Shown here in pieces: positions 1 to 10,814 of a stretch of DNA of 64,000 nt. The stretch lies in the IMG/VR virus record IMGVR_UViG_3300028591_000096; one strand, given 5' to 3'. The translations under genes and the position numbers were made by a program. Positions within the stretch are counted from its first letter, which is position 1. Each line of letters opens with the position of its first letter. The DNA is from a virus. Lineage: Duplodnaviria > Caudoviricetes. The notes under the pieces were generated by a model. It was not told the origin of the DNA. It saw only the letters and a program-made list of their open reading frames with translations, and did no database searches.

Positions 1-1596
1 CTCTTTATACCACTCTTTAAAGAAGATCTCATCTTCATAACCAAGTGTTTTAATTGCGTTTAGTAACCCTTTATAACTTCCGATGTATGGAAATATATCA
101 TTATAGGCTAAGAACATCTTTTTAGAGTTCTTATTGATGCTTATGTAATCTGGAGAATCGTTGTTTATATCACTATCAATGAAAATATCATTGTAGTATT
201 TTGGATCTGGAATTCCGAAATTTTCAAAAAATGTTCTATATCTTTCATCTTCGCCCTCAGTTTCACCAGACATTAATACCTCACCTATAGGGTACACTTC
301 TCCAAGTTCACTATTTTCTGTGTTCGATTCGTCTACCAAACAAATGTATAGTGTATGTTCATAAACTCCATCGTTTTCTCCTGAGAATCCTATGTTTGCA
401 GAGAATCCGTTATTGTTGCATCCATCTGTTGCTTTATTTTTGAAGTCAAGGAACTTTCTGTCGGTCCATGTCATTTCATCATATTTTACATCAAATAATC
501 TGAAATCTTTCTGTTCTCTACAATCAATAAAGAACAACAGTTTAAATCTTTCTATGTAGTCTTTTACACTTTGGAAATAATCTCTTTTGTTATATAGATC
601 ATCAGCTTCAGATAAAAGATCATTTATCTCTTTTTCTGTTGATTCTTTTAGATTTGTAAAATCATCTATCAATCCGAAATGATAATGATCAGATTCGTAT
701 ATAGCGTCTATACTTGAATCTAACAATGATATCTGTTCATCAAGTTCTCTTTTTCTTGCTGACAGTTGAGGATCAACAACACCATATGATTCAAACTTTT
801 TATTAAGTTCTCTCGTAACATAGCGAGCTTCGTTTTTTAGTATATTTTGCCTATCAGTAAGTTCATCTATTTCTGATATTTTATCTGATAGAATCAATTC
901 AATGTCAGATATACTTGAATCAATGTTGTTAATTTTATTTCTCAATTCTGATATACTGCTATCATATACAACGCAAGCATTTGCAAAATCATCATAGTGC
1001 TTAGCATATTCAGCAACAGAGACAAATTTTCCAGATCCATTTTTATCAACGGCATATTCATCATCAACAAGCACATATATGGTTTGAGTTTCAACTAATC
1101 CAGTCGAAACTTTGTTAAATTCAATTCTTGTGTTGAATGTATATGATGGGAAGAAATTTACACTTGTATCTAATGATAGATTGTTTCTGTCAAGAGTAAG
1201 TCTTCTCGTCTCGTCGTTTGTATCATTATATAGCGGATATGGATAATTTTCCTTTCCGAATGTTGATGTGTAATCTTTTAATTCATAAGTTCCTTTTCTT
1301 AAGAATGCGTCGCCTATATATTGTTCGTTTGCACTTGTGTCAGCAACAGATGTATATACTCTTAATGTTGTTCCATCTTCAATATTAAATCGCATACCAG
1401 ATTTTATCTGAAATAAAGATGAGTTTGTTGCAGGATCTACTTCATCTGGTGTACTCTTTACAAGAGCATACTCTGCGTAAAATTCTGGAATGTTGTCATT
1501 AATGATGTTGATTCTAACACCAGGTTTGTGTGAAAGAATCAATTCGTTTCCGTCTTTGTCAAAATAGTGAAATCTGCTGTAATTAAAAACACCCAT
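1..1596 (-). CDS. Large virion structural/baseplate-associated protein (3' end runs off window)
   Basis: Not in ORF track because no stop falls in the window. ATG at 1596 overlaps the TAA of the upstream ORF (TAATG). Open frame MGVFNYSRFHYFDKDG...GETEGEDERYRTFFENFGIP...PYIGSYKGLLNAIKTLGY, resembling jumbo-phage baseplate proteins. Confidence 0.6.
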   Translation of the reverse strand, partial: MGVFNYSRFHYFDKDGNELILSHKPGVRINIINDNIPEFYAEYALVKSTPDEVDPATNSSLFQIKSGMRFNIEDGTTLRVYTSVADTSANEQYIGDAFLRKGTYELKDYTSTFGKENYPYPLYNDTNDETRRLTLDRNNLSLDTSVNFFPSYTFNTRIEFNKVSTGLVETQTIYVLVDDEYAVDKNGSGKFVSVAEYAKHYDDFANACVVYDSSISELRNKINNIDSSISDIELILSDKISEIDELTDRQNILKNEARYVTRELNKKFESYGVVDPQLSARKRELDEQISLLDSSIDAIYESDHYHFGLIDDFTNLKESTEKEINDLLSEADDLYNKRDYFQSVKDYIERFKLLFFIDCREQKDFRLFDVKYDEMTWTDRKFLDFKNKATDGCNNNGFSANIGFSGENDGVYEHTLYICLVDESNTENSELGEVYPIGEVLMSGETEGEDERYRTFFENFGIPDPKYYNDIFIDSDINNDSPDYISINKNSKKMFLAYNDIFPYIGSYKGLLNAIKTLGYEDEIFFKEWYKE

Positions 1597-1847
1597 TAGT
1601 TAACTCTTGTATCGTTTTTATCTAGTGAGAACATATATTGAAGTCTTATCTGTTTAACGACTTCGATTATATATACAATCAAAGGCTCAATATGAGAAAG
1701 AATCTCTTTGTTTCTCTTATTCTTCATAATAACTGGACTTATAGTATGATCATATATATGACCTTTATAGTCAAATCCCAAGTCTGTGTACATGTCTTGG
1801 TGACGTGTACAGTACCAACGTCCACTTCTTTTGTTTGGATAATACAT
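1596..1847 (-). CDS. Small hypothetical protein (probably virion), coupled to the downstream structural gene
   Basis: 83-aa ORF whose stop overlaps the next start. Confidence 0.55.
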   Translation of the reverse strand: MYYPNKRSGRWYCTRHQDMYTDLGFDYKGHIYDHTISPVIMKNKRNKEILSHIEPLIVYIIEVVKQIRLQYMFSLDKNDTRVN

Positions 1848-1959
1848 TTATTATTCAAATTAAATCCTTTGGATTATTTATCTATAATTAATAATTTAAC
1901 GACTTTTAACGTATAATATTATAGAAACTATATGAAATGTTTTTTTAATCTAAATAAAA

Positions 1960-1973
1960 GTTGTATATTTGCA
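1960..1973 (+). promoter_or_regulatory. Host-type (Bacteroidetes -7 TAnnTTTG) early promoter; representative of a repeated motif
   Basis: GTTGTATATTTGCA or a near copy at 1960, 5187, 7426, 20772, 27368, 36878, 39703, 41365, 42837, 46918, 53024, 55191, 59304, 62545 and 63237. Always intergenic and upstream of + strand units. Confidence 0.9.
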
Positions 1974-2013
1974 ATAGAAAGATATAAGTTTAACGTTTAA
2001 AAAAGAAATAAAA

Positions 2014-2262
2014 ATGGGACTTTTAGAAAATGTTGTAAGTGGAGCAATTGGATACGGAATTGCAAGCGCACGTAAATCAAATGCATTGACCGAGTTGATC
2101 GATCAGAAGATTAATTCTCATAATCACAATAAAACTTTACGTGATTTGATTGAGGAATATGCCAAATCAAGAGGAATATATACGCAAAATAATCAGCTAG
2201 CGCATGAACTTCATAAGCTCGCTGAACAATATGAAGAGTATGACTACGATAGATATTATTAA
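2014..2262 (+). CDS. Hypothetical protein
   Basis: 82-aa ORF directly after an early promoter. Confidence 0.7.
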   Translation: MGLLENVVSGAIGYGIASARKSNALTELIDQKINSHNHNKTLRDLIEEYAKSRGIYTQNNQLAHELHKLAEQYEEYDYDRYY

Positions 2263-2277
2263 CTTTTTATAATATTC

Positions 2278-3417
2278 ATGGATAATTTAAAACTACATTA
2301 CGATGATATTAGCATCGTTCCTGAGGTTATAACAGATATTGATTCAAGACAAGAGTGTGATCCATTTATTGATGGAATGCTTCCAATTTTTGCATCTCCT
2401 ATGGGTTCTGTTTTAGATGAATCCAATTGGAGATTTTTTATGGATCACTATATAAATGTAGTAATTCCAAGAACAATCAATCTTCATAAAAGATTAAATA
2501 TTTTATATGAAACGACTGGAGTTGTTTCTAAAAATAAGCCATTTGTTTCTTTCTCGTTAAATGAGGCTAAAGATTTTATACTTTATGGTGATTCGTTAGA
2601 CTTCGTTAGGTATAAAGATGAGGAAAACACCAAATACAGGATATGTGTTGATATCGCAAATGGACATATGCGTTCCTTACTTGAAGTAATTAAAGGTATT
2701 AAGGAAAAGTATGGAACTAAAGTAGAAATAATGTCTGGAAATATTGCTAATCCTAAATCATATAAACTATATAATGACGCTGGATGTGATTATGTAAGAA
2801 CATCTATAGGTACTGGAAGCGCATGCCTTACAGCTAGTAATACTGGTATATATTATCCTCCTTTTTCTATTCTTAAGGAAATTGATGAAATCAGAAAGCA
2901 ATATGATGGTAAATGTAAAGTTATTGCTGATGGTGGTATAAAAGGTTTCAGAGATATACAGAAAGCCTTGATATATGCTGATTATGTAATGATAGGTGGA
3001 CTGTTTAATAGGTGTATTGAAAGCTCTGGTATAACAACGTATGGAAGATCATGGATCAAAATAGGAAAATTTAAAATAAGAAATTATATTCTTGATTTTT
3101 TCAGATATGGTAAGAAGATAGGTTTTGATAAATACGCTGATGTTATGCCTCTTATAAAATCTGGTTTTCTTGAGGTTAATAAGATGTTCTATGGAATGTC
3201 TACAAAATATGCACAGCTTGAAACACATAGTAATGAGAAACTAAAAACATCAGAGGGTATTATTAAAAGACAGAAAGTTGAATATTCTCTTAATCAGTGG
3301 GTTGAAAATGAAATATCGTATTTAAGATCAGCTATGTCTTATACAAATAGTAGAACATTGGATGATTATAAAAGATCACAATGGGTTCGTATTAACGGCA
3401 TTACACATAATAAGTAA
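2278..3417 (+). CDS. IMP dehydrogenase / GMP reductase family protein
   Basis: VDIANGH, MSGNI, catalytic loop SIGTGSACLT, IADGGI, FYGMS, TSEG; no CBS domains. Confidence 0.85.
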   Translation: MDNLKLHYDDISIVPEVITDIDSRQECDPFIDGMLPIFASPMGSVLDESNWRFFMDHYINVVIPRTINLHKRLNILYETTGVVSKNKPFVSFSLNEAKDFILYGDSLDFVRYKDEENTKYRICVDIANGHMRSLLEVIKGIKEKYGTKVEIMSGNIANPKSYKLYNDAGCDYVRTSIGTGSACLTASNTGIYYPPFSILKEIDEIRKQYDGKCKVIADGGIKGFRDIQKALIYADYVMIGGLFNRCIESSGITTYGRSWIKIGKFKIRNYILDFFRYGKKIGFDKYADVMPLIKSGFLEVNKMFYGMSTKYAQLETHSNEKLKTSEGIIKRQKVEYSLNQWVENEISYLRSAMSYTNSRTLDDYKRSQWVRINGITHNK

Positions 3418-3419
3418 AT

Positions 3420-3824
3420 ATGGCAAGAGTTAAGAAAATCACAACAGATCAATTCATCAGAGATGTAATTGATTTTGAGCTTAAACCTTATGGTATTAAT
3501 TTTGAATATATTCTTAATTTACCAAAGGAACCTAAAAATAAAGACGAGATAGATCCTAATATAGAATATCAGGATAATTGGTTTTCAAGATACCAGTTTA
3601 AAACTTTTGATGAATTTAACGCATTCAGAGAATATTTTTATGAGCATTGGAAAGATTATGCTCCGAAAAGAAATTGGAAAAAGTATATCCTATATAGGGA
3701 GTTTGAATGGTTTAACCTACAGTATGGATTAGCAACAGGTTATGATCTTGATGAACATTTATATAAAAAGAATGCAGATGATATGTATAAAAAAGTTTTT
3801 GGATCAAAATCAAATACGAAATAA
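3420..3824 (+). CDS. Hypothetical protein
   Basis: 134-aa ORF in operon. Confidence 0.7.
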   Translation: MARVKKITTDQFIRDVIDFELKPYGINFEYILNLPKEPKNKDEIDPNIEYQDNWFSRYQFKTFDEFNAFREYFYEHWKDYAPKRNWKKYILYREFEWFNLQYGLATGYDLDEHLYKKNADDMYKKVFGSKSNTK

Positions 3825-3855
3825 ATAATCAGATAAAAGAAACAGCAAAGAATCA

Positions 3856-5007
3856 ATGGAAAACGTAAAGACAAGTGTACCTAATAAAATCGTTGGTGAT
3901 AATGGTTCGTCGTATGATAGTATACGTAAAATGGCGAAAGTATTACATGTTGACAGAAAAAGAATAAGACGTGATATAAACGATAATGGATATTTTGAAC
4001 ATAAAGGTATTGTTTATAGTTGCATAGGTGATAAACGTAATGATGATAACACAAAGGTTGTAGTTGTTGAGAAAAACCGTGATGGTGATAAAGAATATCA
4101 GGAATTCCTTAAAGCTAAGGAGGTTAAATCTCAACCGTTCCAGATTTATAAATTCAAGCCTTTTTCAACAAAGAAAGGGAATAGATATGCTGTAGCATTG
4201 TTTAGCGATGCTCATATTGAGGAAACGGTAACACCAGAATCTGTTAACTTTCTGAATGAATATAATATTGAGATCGCTGAACAAAGAATAGAGACATATT
4301 TTCGTAATCTTGCTGCATGTCTTTCACAAGATGAGGTTAATGAGTTGATTTTTGCATCTCTTGGTGATACAATATCTGGTTATATTCATCAGGAACTTGA
4401 GCAGACAAATCAGCTTTCTCCTCTTGAAGCCACACTTAAAGCTCAATCTCTTATATATAGTGGATTGAAATATCTATGCGAAGATGCTGATCTTCCTAAA
4501 CTTAAGAAGATTAGATTTATTGGTATCGTAGGAAATCACAGTAGAACATCTAAAAAGATTCAACACAGTAACGGATATAAAATGAGCTATGAGTGGATGA
4601 TGTATCAAAACATCAAGAAGCAGTGTGAACTCACAAACCTCCCTATAGAATTTTATATTCCAGAGAGTGAGTTAGCCATCGTTAACACTGTTGATGATAA
4701 GACATTTATTTTTGCTCATGGATTTCAGATTAAATCTGGAGGTACTGGAACAATATGTGGAATATATCCATCACTTAATAGACTTTGCTTAAAATATTCA
4801 AAGGTATTTCATCAAGATATGTTATTCATCGGACATTTTCACTCAAGTGTAAATACACCTAATGCAGTCGTAAATGGATCAATAATTTCATATAATTCAT
4901 TTGCTCTGACCAACGGATTAGAATATGAACGTCCACAGCAGCAATACCTTGTTTATGATACGATTGTTGGAGGGCAGATCCTTGCAAGACAAATATATTG
5001 TAACTAA
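3856..5007 (+). CDS. Calcineurin-like metallophosphoesterase/nuclease with a short N-terminal HTH-like segment
   Basis: SDAH, LGD, GNH, AHG and GHFH metal-binding motifs in order. Confidence 0.75.
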   Translation: MENVKTSVPNKIVGDNGSSYDSIRKMAKVLHVDRKRIRRDINDNGYFEHKGIVYSCIGDKRNDDNTKVVVVEKNRDGDKEYQEFLKAKEVKSQPFQIYKFKPFSTKKGNRYAVALFSDAHIEETVTPESVNFLNEYNIEIAEQRIETYFRNLAACLSQDEVNELIFASLGDTISGYIHQELEQTNQLSPLEATLKAQSLIYSGLKYLCEDADLPKLKKIRFIGIVGNHSRTSKKIQHSNGYKMSYEWMMYQNIKKQCELTNLPIEFYIPESELAIVNTVDDKTFIFAHGFQIKSGGTGTICGIYPSLNRLCLKYSKVFHQDMLFIGHFHSSVNTPNAVVNGSIISYNSFALTNGLEYERPQQQYLVYDTIVGGQILARQIYCN

Positions 5008-5279
5008 GATTAGATTGTTTATGAGCAACTCAAAATAGAATAAGCTATTAAATCACGTTGTAAAACGTTATCTTCTTTTCCATTGCATATTTTGCAATGG
5101 ATTTTTGTACCATATGTTATATAAATTACATTATATCGAATGTAGTTTTAATAATTGTTAAATAATGTTTTCTTATATAAGAAAAAGTTGTATATTTGCA
5201 ATAAAGATCTATTTAATTATTTATACGAAAATAACGTATAATAGTATAGATACAATTAAAATGAAGCAGAAAAGAAAAA

Positions 5280-6173
5280 ATGGCAAAGCCTTTTGTTAAG
5301 TGGGCTGGTGGTAAATCACAATTAATTAATATTATAGATGAGAAAATAGGAGATCTTAGACAGAAATCAAAAGAGTTTATATATGTAGAACCTTTTGTTG
5401 GTGGAGGATCTGTATTGTTTCATCTTCTTGAAACGTGTTCTAACATGAAGTATGCTGTCATAAATGATGCAAACAAACAACTCATGAATGTTTATAAAGT
5501 TATAGCAGATGATAAAAAATATATAGAATTCAAAGATCATCTTTATAATATACAGATAGCATATAACAATGATTTAATGAAGAAAGAGAAATATATTCTC
5601 TACAGATACCAATACAATCATTGGATAAAAGGTGAACTTACATTGTCTGATGCTTGGGGTGCTGCGGCTTTTATATTTCTTAATAAATGTGGATTCAATG
5701 GTTTATACAGAGTTAACCAGAAAGGTGAATTTAATGTTCCATGGGGGCAGAAAGAACACATTTATATTTTTAATGAGGATGAACTAGACAAGTGTCATAT
5801 TGCTCTAGGATCAAAAGTTGCGTTTATGACTGGAGATTATAGAAGAACAGATGTAATACTTGATATAGCAAAAATGGAAAAATCAGATATAATATATTAT
5901 TTCGATCCTCCATATAAACCAGTAAGTCAAACTGCATCGTTTACATCATATACAAAAGATTCTTTTAATGATCAAGAACAAGTGAATCTAAAGTTGTTTT
6001 GTGATAAAATTGTAGAGAATGGCGGCAAATTTTTGCTAAGTAATTCTAAATGTGGAGATTATTTTGATAATCTTTATTCTGGATATACTATAGATACTAT
6101 AAACGCAAAAAGAATGATAAATTCTGTAGGCTCAAAAAGAGGAAATGTAGAAGAAGTACTAATTCATAATTAA
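5280..6173 (+). CDS. dam: Dam-family DNA adenine methyltransferase
   Basis: KWAGGK, EPFVGGGS, FNGLYRVN and DPPY motifs. Confidence 0.9.
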   Translation: MAKPFVKWAGGKSQLINIIDEKIGDLRQKSKEFIYVEPFVGGGSVLFHLLETCSNMKYAVINDANKQLMNVYKVIADDKKYIEFKDHLYNIQIAYNNDLMKKEKYILYRYQYNHWIKGELTLSDAWGAAAFIFLNKCGFNGLYRVNQKGEFNVPWGQKEHIYIFNEDELDKCHIALGSKVAFMTGDYRRTDVILDIAKMEKSDIIYYFDPPYKPVSQTASFTSYTKDSFNDQEQVNLKLFCDKIVENGGKFLLSNSKCGDYFDNLYSGYTIDTINAKRMINSVGSKRGNVEEVLIHN

Positions 6174-6179
6174 CATAAA

Positions 6180-6482
6180 ATGGACAAATTTAATATTAAT
6201 AATCATCAATCTGAATTATGTAATCGTCATTTTGATATTCAAAAACAAAATGGTTGGACGGATGCTTATACTGATGTTCCAGGTAAGCAGGCGTATGAGG
6301 ATGGTCTTTACGCTGGTTTAATGAATGGTTATGCTGTAGCAGCATATGACATTAAGATGTACATTCAATGTCTTGTTGAAGAAAATCCAAAAATTGAAGC
6401 AAAAAAGATACTTGACCTTATAGTTTATTCTGATAATAAAAATAAAAAGAAAAAATATGATTTTGGTAGAACAAGAAGCTGA
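6180..6482 (+). CDS. Hypothetical protein
   Basis: 100-aa ORF in operon. Confidence 0.65.
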   Translation: MDKFNINNHQSELCNRHFDIQKQNGWTDAYTDVPGKQAYEDGLYAGLMNGYAVAAYDIKMYIQCLVEENPKIEAKKILDLIVYSDNKNKKKKYDFGRTRS

Positions 6483-7383
6483 ATATTTAAAGCAGGAACC
6501 TGGTGTAGAAGGTGTATATAAAATTATAGAAAAGGCTGCACGTACATGTTATAAGAGTGAAGCTAAATGCGATGGAACATTTGATGGAGCGAAGGCATTC
6601 GTTGAGCGAATGATAAAATCACATCACACAGCTATGTTGGAGAGTTGTGCTGTATATCTAAAATGTTACAGAGATTTTGAATATGAAAATAACATTGATC
6701 TGGTTGAGTTTCCATCTGATTTGGAATTCTATTCTACAAACAAGTATTCAAAATTTAATTTCGACAAAGATTATCATTATGTAACTACAAATCTTCGTGT
6801 GCTTGTTGAAAATAATAGACTTGATGATTTGAAATATTGGTCTGAGCCAACAGACATGCATGAGAAAAGATATACGTTCAGATTAGTTACAGATAGAGCT
6901 ATAGCTAACGAGATTGTTAGACATCGTGCATTTTCATTTGCACAGGAGAGCACACGTTTTGTTGATTATTCTAACGAGAAATATGGTACAGACATTGCTT
7001 ATATAATGCCAGATTGGTTCCCTAGTGCAACACTACAACAACAGGAGGTGTTTATGCAGCTGATGAAAGACACAGAGGATGTATATGTCACATTACGTGG
7101 AAAATGGGACGAAAGAAAACCAGATAAACGTTTCAAGACTGGTTTTAAGGATAATCCTCTTACACCACAGCAAGCAAGAGCGGTATTTCCTTTATGCCTA
7201 AAAACAGAACTGTGTATTACAGGATATGTAACAGACTGGAGATTTTTCTTAGATTTGAGATTGTTTGGAAAAACAGGAAAACCACACACACAGATTGTTG
7301 AACTTTCTGAGAAACTTGTTGAACAGATGAAGAAAGCAGGGATATATGAATCAGTTATTAATGCTAAAAGCAAATTTGATTAA
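6457..7383 (+). CDS. thyX: FAD-dependent thymidylate synthase
   Basis: ThyX motif RHRAFSFAQESTR; also ARTCYKS and QQARAVFP. Confidence 0.9.
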   Translation: MILVEQEAEYLKQEPGVEGVYKIIEKAARTCYKSEAKCDGTFDGAKAFVERMIKSHHTAMLESCAVYLKCYRDFEYENNIDLVEFPSDLEFYSTNKYSKFNFDKDYHYVTTNLRVLVENNRLDDLKYWSEPTDMHEKRYTFRLVTDRAIANEIVRHRAFSFAQESTRFVDYSNEKYGTDIAYIMPDWFPSATLQQQEVFMQLMKDTEDVYVTLRGKWDERKPDKRFKTGFKDNPLTPQQARAVFPLCLKTELCITGYVTDWRFFLDLRLFGKTGKPHTQIVELSEKLVEQMKKAGIYESVINAKSKFD

Positions 7384-7464
7384 GTCTTGGTTTTAAGCCA
7401 AAACTTTTTCAGTTTTAATATAAACGTTGTATCTTTGCAAAAGAAGTATAATTAAAAAATAATA

Positions 7465-8757
7465 ATGGAAGAACAGAATTTTAACCCAGAAACATGTACT
7501 ATTGATGAGCTTAAAGCTGTAATAGAAAAATATAAAGATGAAGAAGAGTATTATAACACTATGCAGTTGTCAGCAAAAACGTTCATTAACAGCGTATATG
7601 GATATTTTGGTACATCGTTTGGACAGCTCGCAAATTCGGATATTGCTGAATCTATTACACTTCAAGGTCAAGATTTGATCAAATTTTCTGTTATAGAGAT
7701 TAACAAATATATAAATGAGTTTTGGAACCAGGATTATGAAGGTCATAAACGTATAGCTGATAGACTTAGAAATATATTTGGTGATGCGTTCAAATATGAT
7801 GAATTTTTAGAGTTATCTAAACGTAACTCGCTGAAAATCAACACGTTACAAGTATATGGAGATACGGATTCTGCATATATCACATTACAACCAATTATCG
7901 ATACGTGTTGCATACCAGCAGATCAGCAGTTAGAATTTGATCTTGCTTTTTATGAGGAGATTCTCGAAGGTTATATGGATGAAAAGTTCGATGAATATGC
8001 TAAGAGAAATCATTGTAAGCATAATTATGAAAAGTTTGAGCTGGAAAAAATCTCAAGAACTATCATCATGCTTGCAAAGAAAAACTATATGTGTGATGTT
8101 GAATGGATTGATACTGGAACAAGATTTGATCCTCTTGAACATATAACGTATACTGGATTTGATGTTGTAAAGGGTACAACAACAGATTACTGTCGTGAGG
8201 AAATGAAAACGTTTGTAAACTACGTTATGGGTATTCTTAACTCAGGAAGAAAACCAACGCTAAGTGAAATTGTTTCAAAGTTGAAAGAAATAAAGAAACG
8301 TTTTATTATGCAGAATCCAAATGATATATCAATAACTAAAGGTATATCAAATTATGAGAATTTTGTAAAAAACGACAAGACACCAGATATTGAATATTAT
8401 CAATTTAAGACAAAAGTTGATGAAAACGGAAATGAATATCTTACAAAGGATAAACTTCCAATTCCAATCCATGTAAGGGCTGCTGCTGTTTATAACAATA
8501 TGTTGTTCAATAAAGGTAAGAAATATAAGAGTAAGTATTCTCTTTTGAAATCTGGTGAAAAGGTTAGATTCTATTATACTGGTGAAGATACTGTTTTTGG
8601 GTTTGTTCCAGATTCTTTTCCAATTGAATTTGCACCAGCTATAGATATTGATATACAGTTTGAGAAAATGTTGCTTAGCCCATTAAATCGTATTATTTCT
8701 GCTATGGGATATTTTGAAATTCCACCAACATTAACATATACTAAAAGTTTATTCTAA
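7465..8757 (+). CDS. Family B DNA polymerase, C-terminal subunit (motif B helix, motif C, thumb)
   Basis: QLSAKTFINSVYGYFG, YGDTDS, AKKNY, PIHVRAA; exonuclease domain and motif A absent. Confidence 0.9.
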   Translation: MEEQNFNPETCTIDELKAVIEKYKDEEEYYNTMQLSAKTFINSVYGYFGTSFGQLANSDIAESITLQGQDLIKFSVIEINKYINEFWNQDYEGHKRIADRLRNIFGDAFKYDEFLELSKRNSLKINTLQVYGDTDSAYITLQPIIDTCCIPADQQLEFDLAFYEEILEGYMDEKFDEYAKRNHCKHNYEKFELEKISRTIIMLAKKNYMCDVEWIDTGTRFDPLEHITYTGFDVVKGTTTDYCREEMKTFVNYVMGILNSGRKPTLSEIVSKLKEIKKRFIMQNPNDISITKGISNYENFVKNDKTPDIEYYQFKTKVDENGNEYLTKDKLPIPIHVRAAAVYNNMLFNKGKKYKSKYSLLKSGEKVRFYYTGEDTVFGFVPDSFPIEFAPAIDIDIQFEKMLLSPLNRIISAMGYFEIPPTLTYTKSLF

Positions 8758-8761
8758 ACAC

Positions 8762-8944
8762 ATGAAAACGATTTCAAAATTAGTAGATGATAAATTTCCA
8801 GTAAATGATGAATCCACAATGATAGATAGAATAGTTTATAAAGCTGGAGCAGAAGACGCTTTGCATGAGTTTAAATTATATTGTGAAGAAAAAGGATTCT
8901 GGAATGGTAAATTAGATGAGTTTTTAATAGAAATGTATAACTAA
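8762..8944 (+). CDS. Small hypothetical protein
   Basis: 60-aa ORF in operon. Confidence 0.55.
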   Translation: MKTISKLVDDKFPVNDESTMIDRIVYKAGAEDALHEFKLYCEEKGFWNGKLDEFLIEMYN

Positions 8945-8947
8945 ATA

Positions 8948-9424
8948 ATGATAAAATTATACACATCATATTATGCTAATATTAAGAATATTCCTACCAA
9001 TTATTTAATGGTAGGAATTTCTCAGTTTTGCCCAGAGTGGTTAAAATATGATGCACCAGATAATTTTCTTTTTGTTGCTTGTAATTTTCTTGCACCAACA
9101 AAAGAATTACTCAACGATATTAAATCTGGAAATATAGATCCATCAGAGTATAGAAAAAGATATAACGAACAATTTGATGAATTTTTTAAAAACTGTTCAT
9201 ATCAATACAAGACTGTAGATCAATGGTATCAAAAAGTTGATGAAGAGTTTTCTGATAAATATCAGGCAATCGTTTTTCTATGTTATGAAAAGCCGTCTGA
9301 TTTTTGTCACAGACACATCTTGAGAGATATTCTTAATTATAAACATCATATAAGGATCGAGGAATTTACTTGCCAAGAAGAAACAAAAGAAAATAAAGAG
9401 CCAAAATCAAAAGCATTGTTCTAA
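8948..9424 (+). CDS. DUF488-like protein
   Basis: YTSYY, LAPT, LCYEKPSDFCHRH. Confidence 0.7.
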   Translation: MIKLYTSYYANIKNIPTNYLMVGISQFCPEWLKYDAPDNFLFVACNFLAPTKELLNDIKSGNIDPSEYRKRYNEQFDEFFKNCSYQYKTVDQWYQKVDEEFSDKYQAIVFLCYEKPSDFCHRHILRDILNYKHHIRIEEFTCQEETKENKEPKSKALF

Positions 9425-10290
9425 TGACAAATGATATAAAATATATTGTAGTTCCAGATGTACACGGTAGAGATTTTTATGAAAATGATGTTAATCTTTT
9501 TCTTGAAAACTATGAAGATACCAAGATAATATTTCTTGGTGATTATATCGATCCTTACCCTATAGAAAAAATAACACCAGAATCAGCATTAAAAAGATTT
9601 AAGAACATAATAAAGCTAAAGAAAAAATATCCAGAAAGAATAACTCTTATTATAGGTAATCATGATTTCCATTATATCGATGGATCTAGAAGAGGTTGCA
9701 GAATGGATTATTACAATAAAGATGAAATCTGTAGTCTGTTTATCAATAATCTTGATTTGTTTGATTATATCAAGTGTGAAAGAATAGGAAATAAGAATTT
9801 TATATTCAGTCATGCTGGATTTTGTTTTCGGTGGTTCTCTTATCATTCTGACATTTTTGGGGTATGCGATCCAGATAATCATGATGAAGATGTTGAAAGA
9901 AAAGCATTTACATATAATACAATAAAGAGCACCGATATTAAAGCGTTATCGCATGATAGAAGTATATTAAATATTATAGGAGAGGTTGGAACATCACGAG
10001 GTGGTTGGTGTGATCATCCAAGTTTTATATGGGCTGATGTTACTGATATATTAATGAGCAATGATGTAAATGTTGCAAATTGTATTCAGGTGTTTGGTCA
10101 CACGATGCAAAATGTTGGCAGACCTTTGAGGTTTGATAATTGTTTCTGTTTGGATTGCCAGAAAGTTTTCTATATTAATGATAAAGGTACTGTATTAACA
10201 GATCAATATAAGGTAATAAGACGAAACGGAGAAGAATACAAAAAAGCATATCTTGAATACTTGAAACGCTATTCTATATTTTTTCTTTGA
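9424..10290 (+). CDS. Metallophosphoesterase (Ser/Thr phosphatase-like)
   Basis: PDVHG, LGDYID, GNHD, SHAG, VFGHT. Confidence 0.85.
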   Translation: MTNDIKYIVVPDVHGRDFYENDVNLFLENYEDTKIIFLGDYIDPYPIEKITPESALKRFKNIIKLKKKYPERITLIIGNHDFHYIDGSRRGCRMDYYNKDEICSLFINNLDLFDYIKCERIGNKNFIFSHAGFCFRWFSYHSDIFGVCDPDNHDEDVERKAFTYNTIKSTDIKALSHDRSILNIIGEVGTSRGGWCDHPSFIWADVTDILMSNDVNVANCIQVFGHTMQNVGRPLRFDNCFCLDCQKVFYINDKGTVLTDQYKVIRRNGEEYKKAYLEYLKRYSIFFL

Positions 10291-10339
10291 TAAATAGATA
10301 AACAAGTAGTTTTTTACTATGCAAAGTATTGCATATAAT

Positions 10340-10709
10340 TCGATAAATATCATAAATAGTTAAATAATGAAATGCAATCTCAGATGATCAAATAAAGATC
10401 TTACGAGATAGAGGTGACATTGTATCACAAAATGTGTAAATAACAGTTAAATAAATGTTTAAAACAAAACTTAACGTTTTTAGTGAAAACAAATAGGGTA
10501 CAGTACACCCGAATTCATGCTTGTGGACTACCCAACTATGGATGACAGACTCAGTAATGAGGCACTAAAAAGTAGTGGTAGGTTGAAGCAAGAAGTTAAT
10601 AATGAACAAAACAGGTTTGTTCTGATTTTAACATACTGTTAACTATTAGCCCTTAAATGAAATTATATAATTTATATTATGTATAAAAATATATGCTTTC
10701 AATACATTA
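10340..10709 (+). mobile_element. TnpB-derived non-autonomous remnant, family 2 (contains the nested family-1 MITE)
   Basis: Paralogous to 54541-54757: shares TCGRTAAATATCATA, AATCTCAGATG, CTTACGAGATAGAGGTGACATTGTATCAC and TTCAATACATTA. Confidence 0.65.
10436..10639 (+). mobile_element. IS607-like MITE copy A (left end + TnpB C-terminal tail/omegaRNA scaffold)
   Basis: GT|GTnnnTAACAG left end; ATAGGGTRCAGTACACCCGAATT...ATGGATGAC...AAAAGTAGTGG...CAAGAAGTT; right end TACTGT. Confidence 0.8.
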
Positions 10710-10814
10710 AATCAAAAAAAAGATGTGGAGCATGTCCTCCAAAGAAAAATAAAAAATAGGCTTGTTTCATTAAAGATAAATAATGAAAATAGTAAATTCA
10801 TTTTCTAAAATAAG

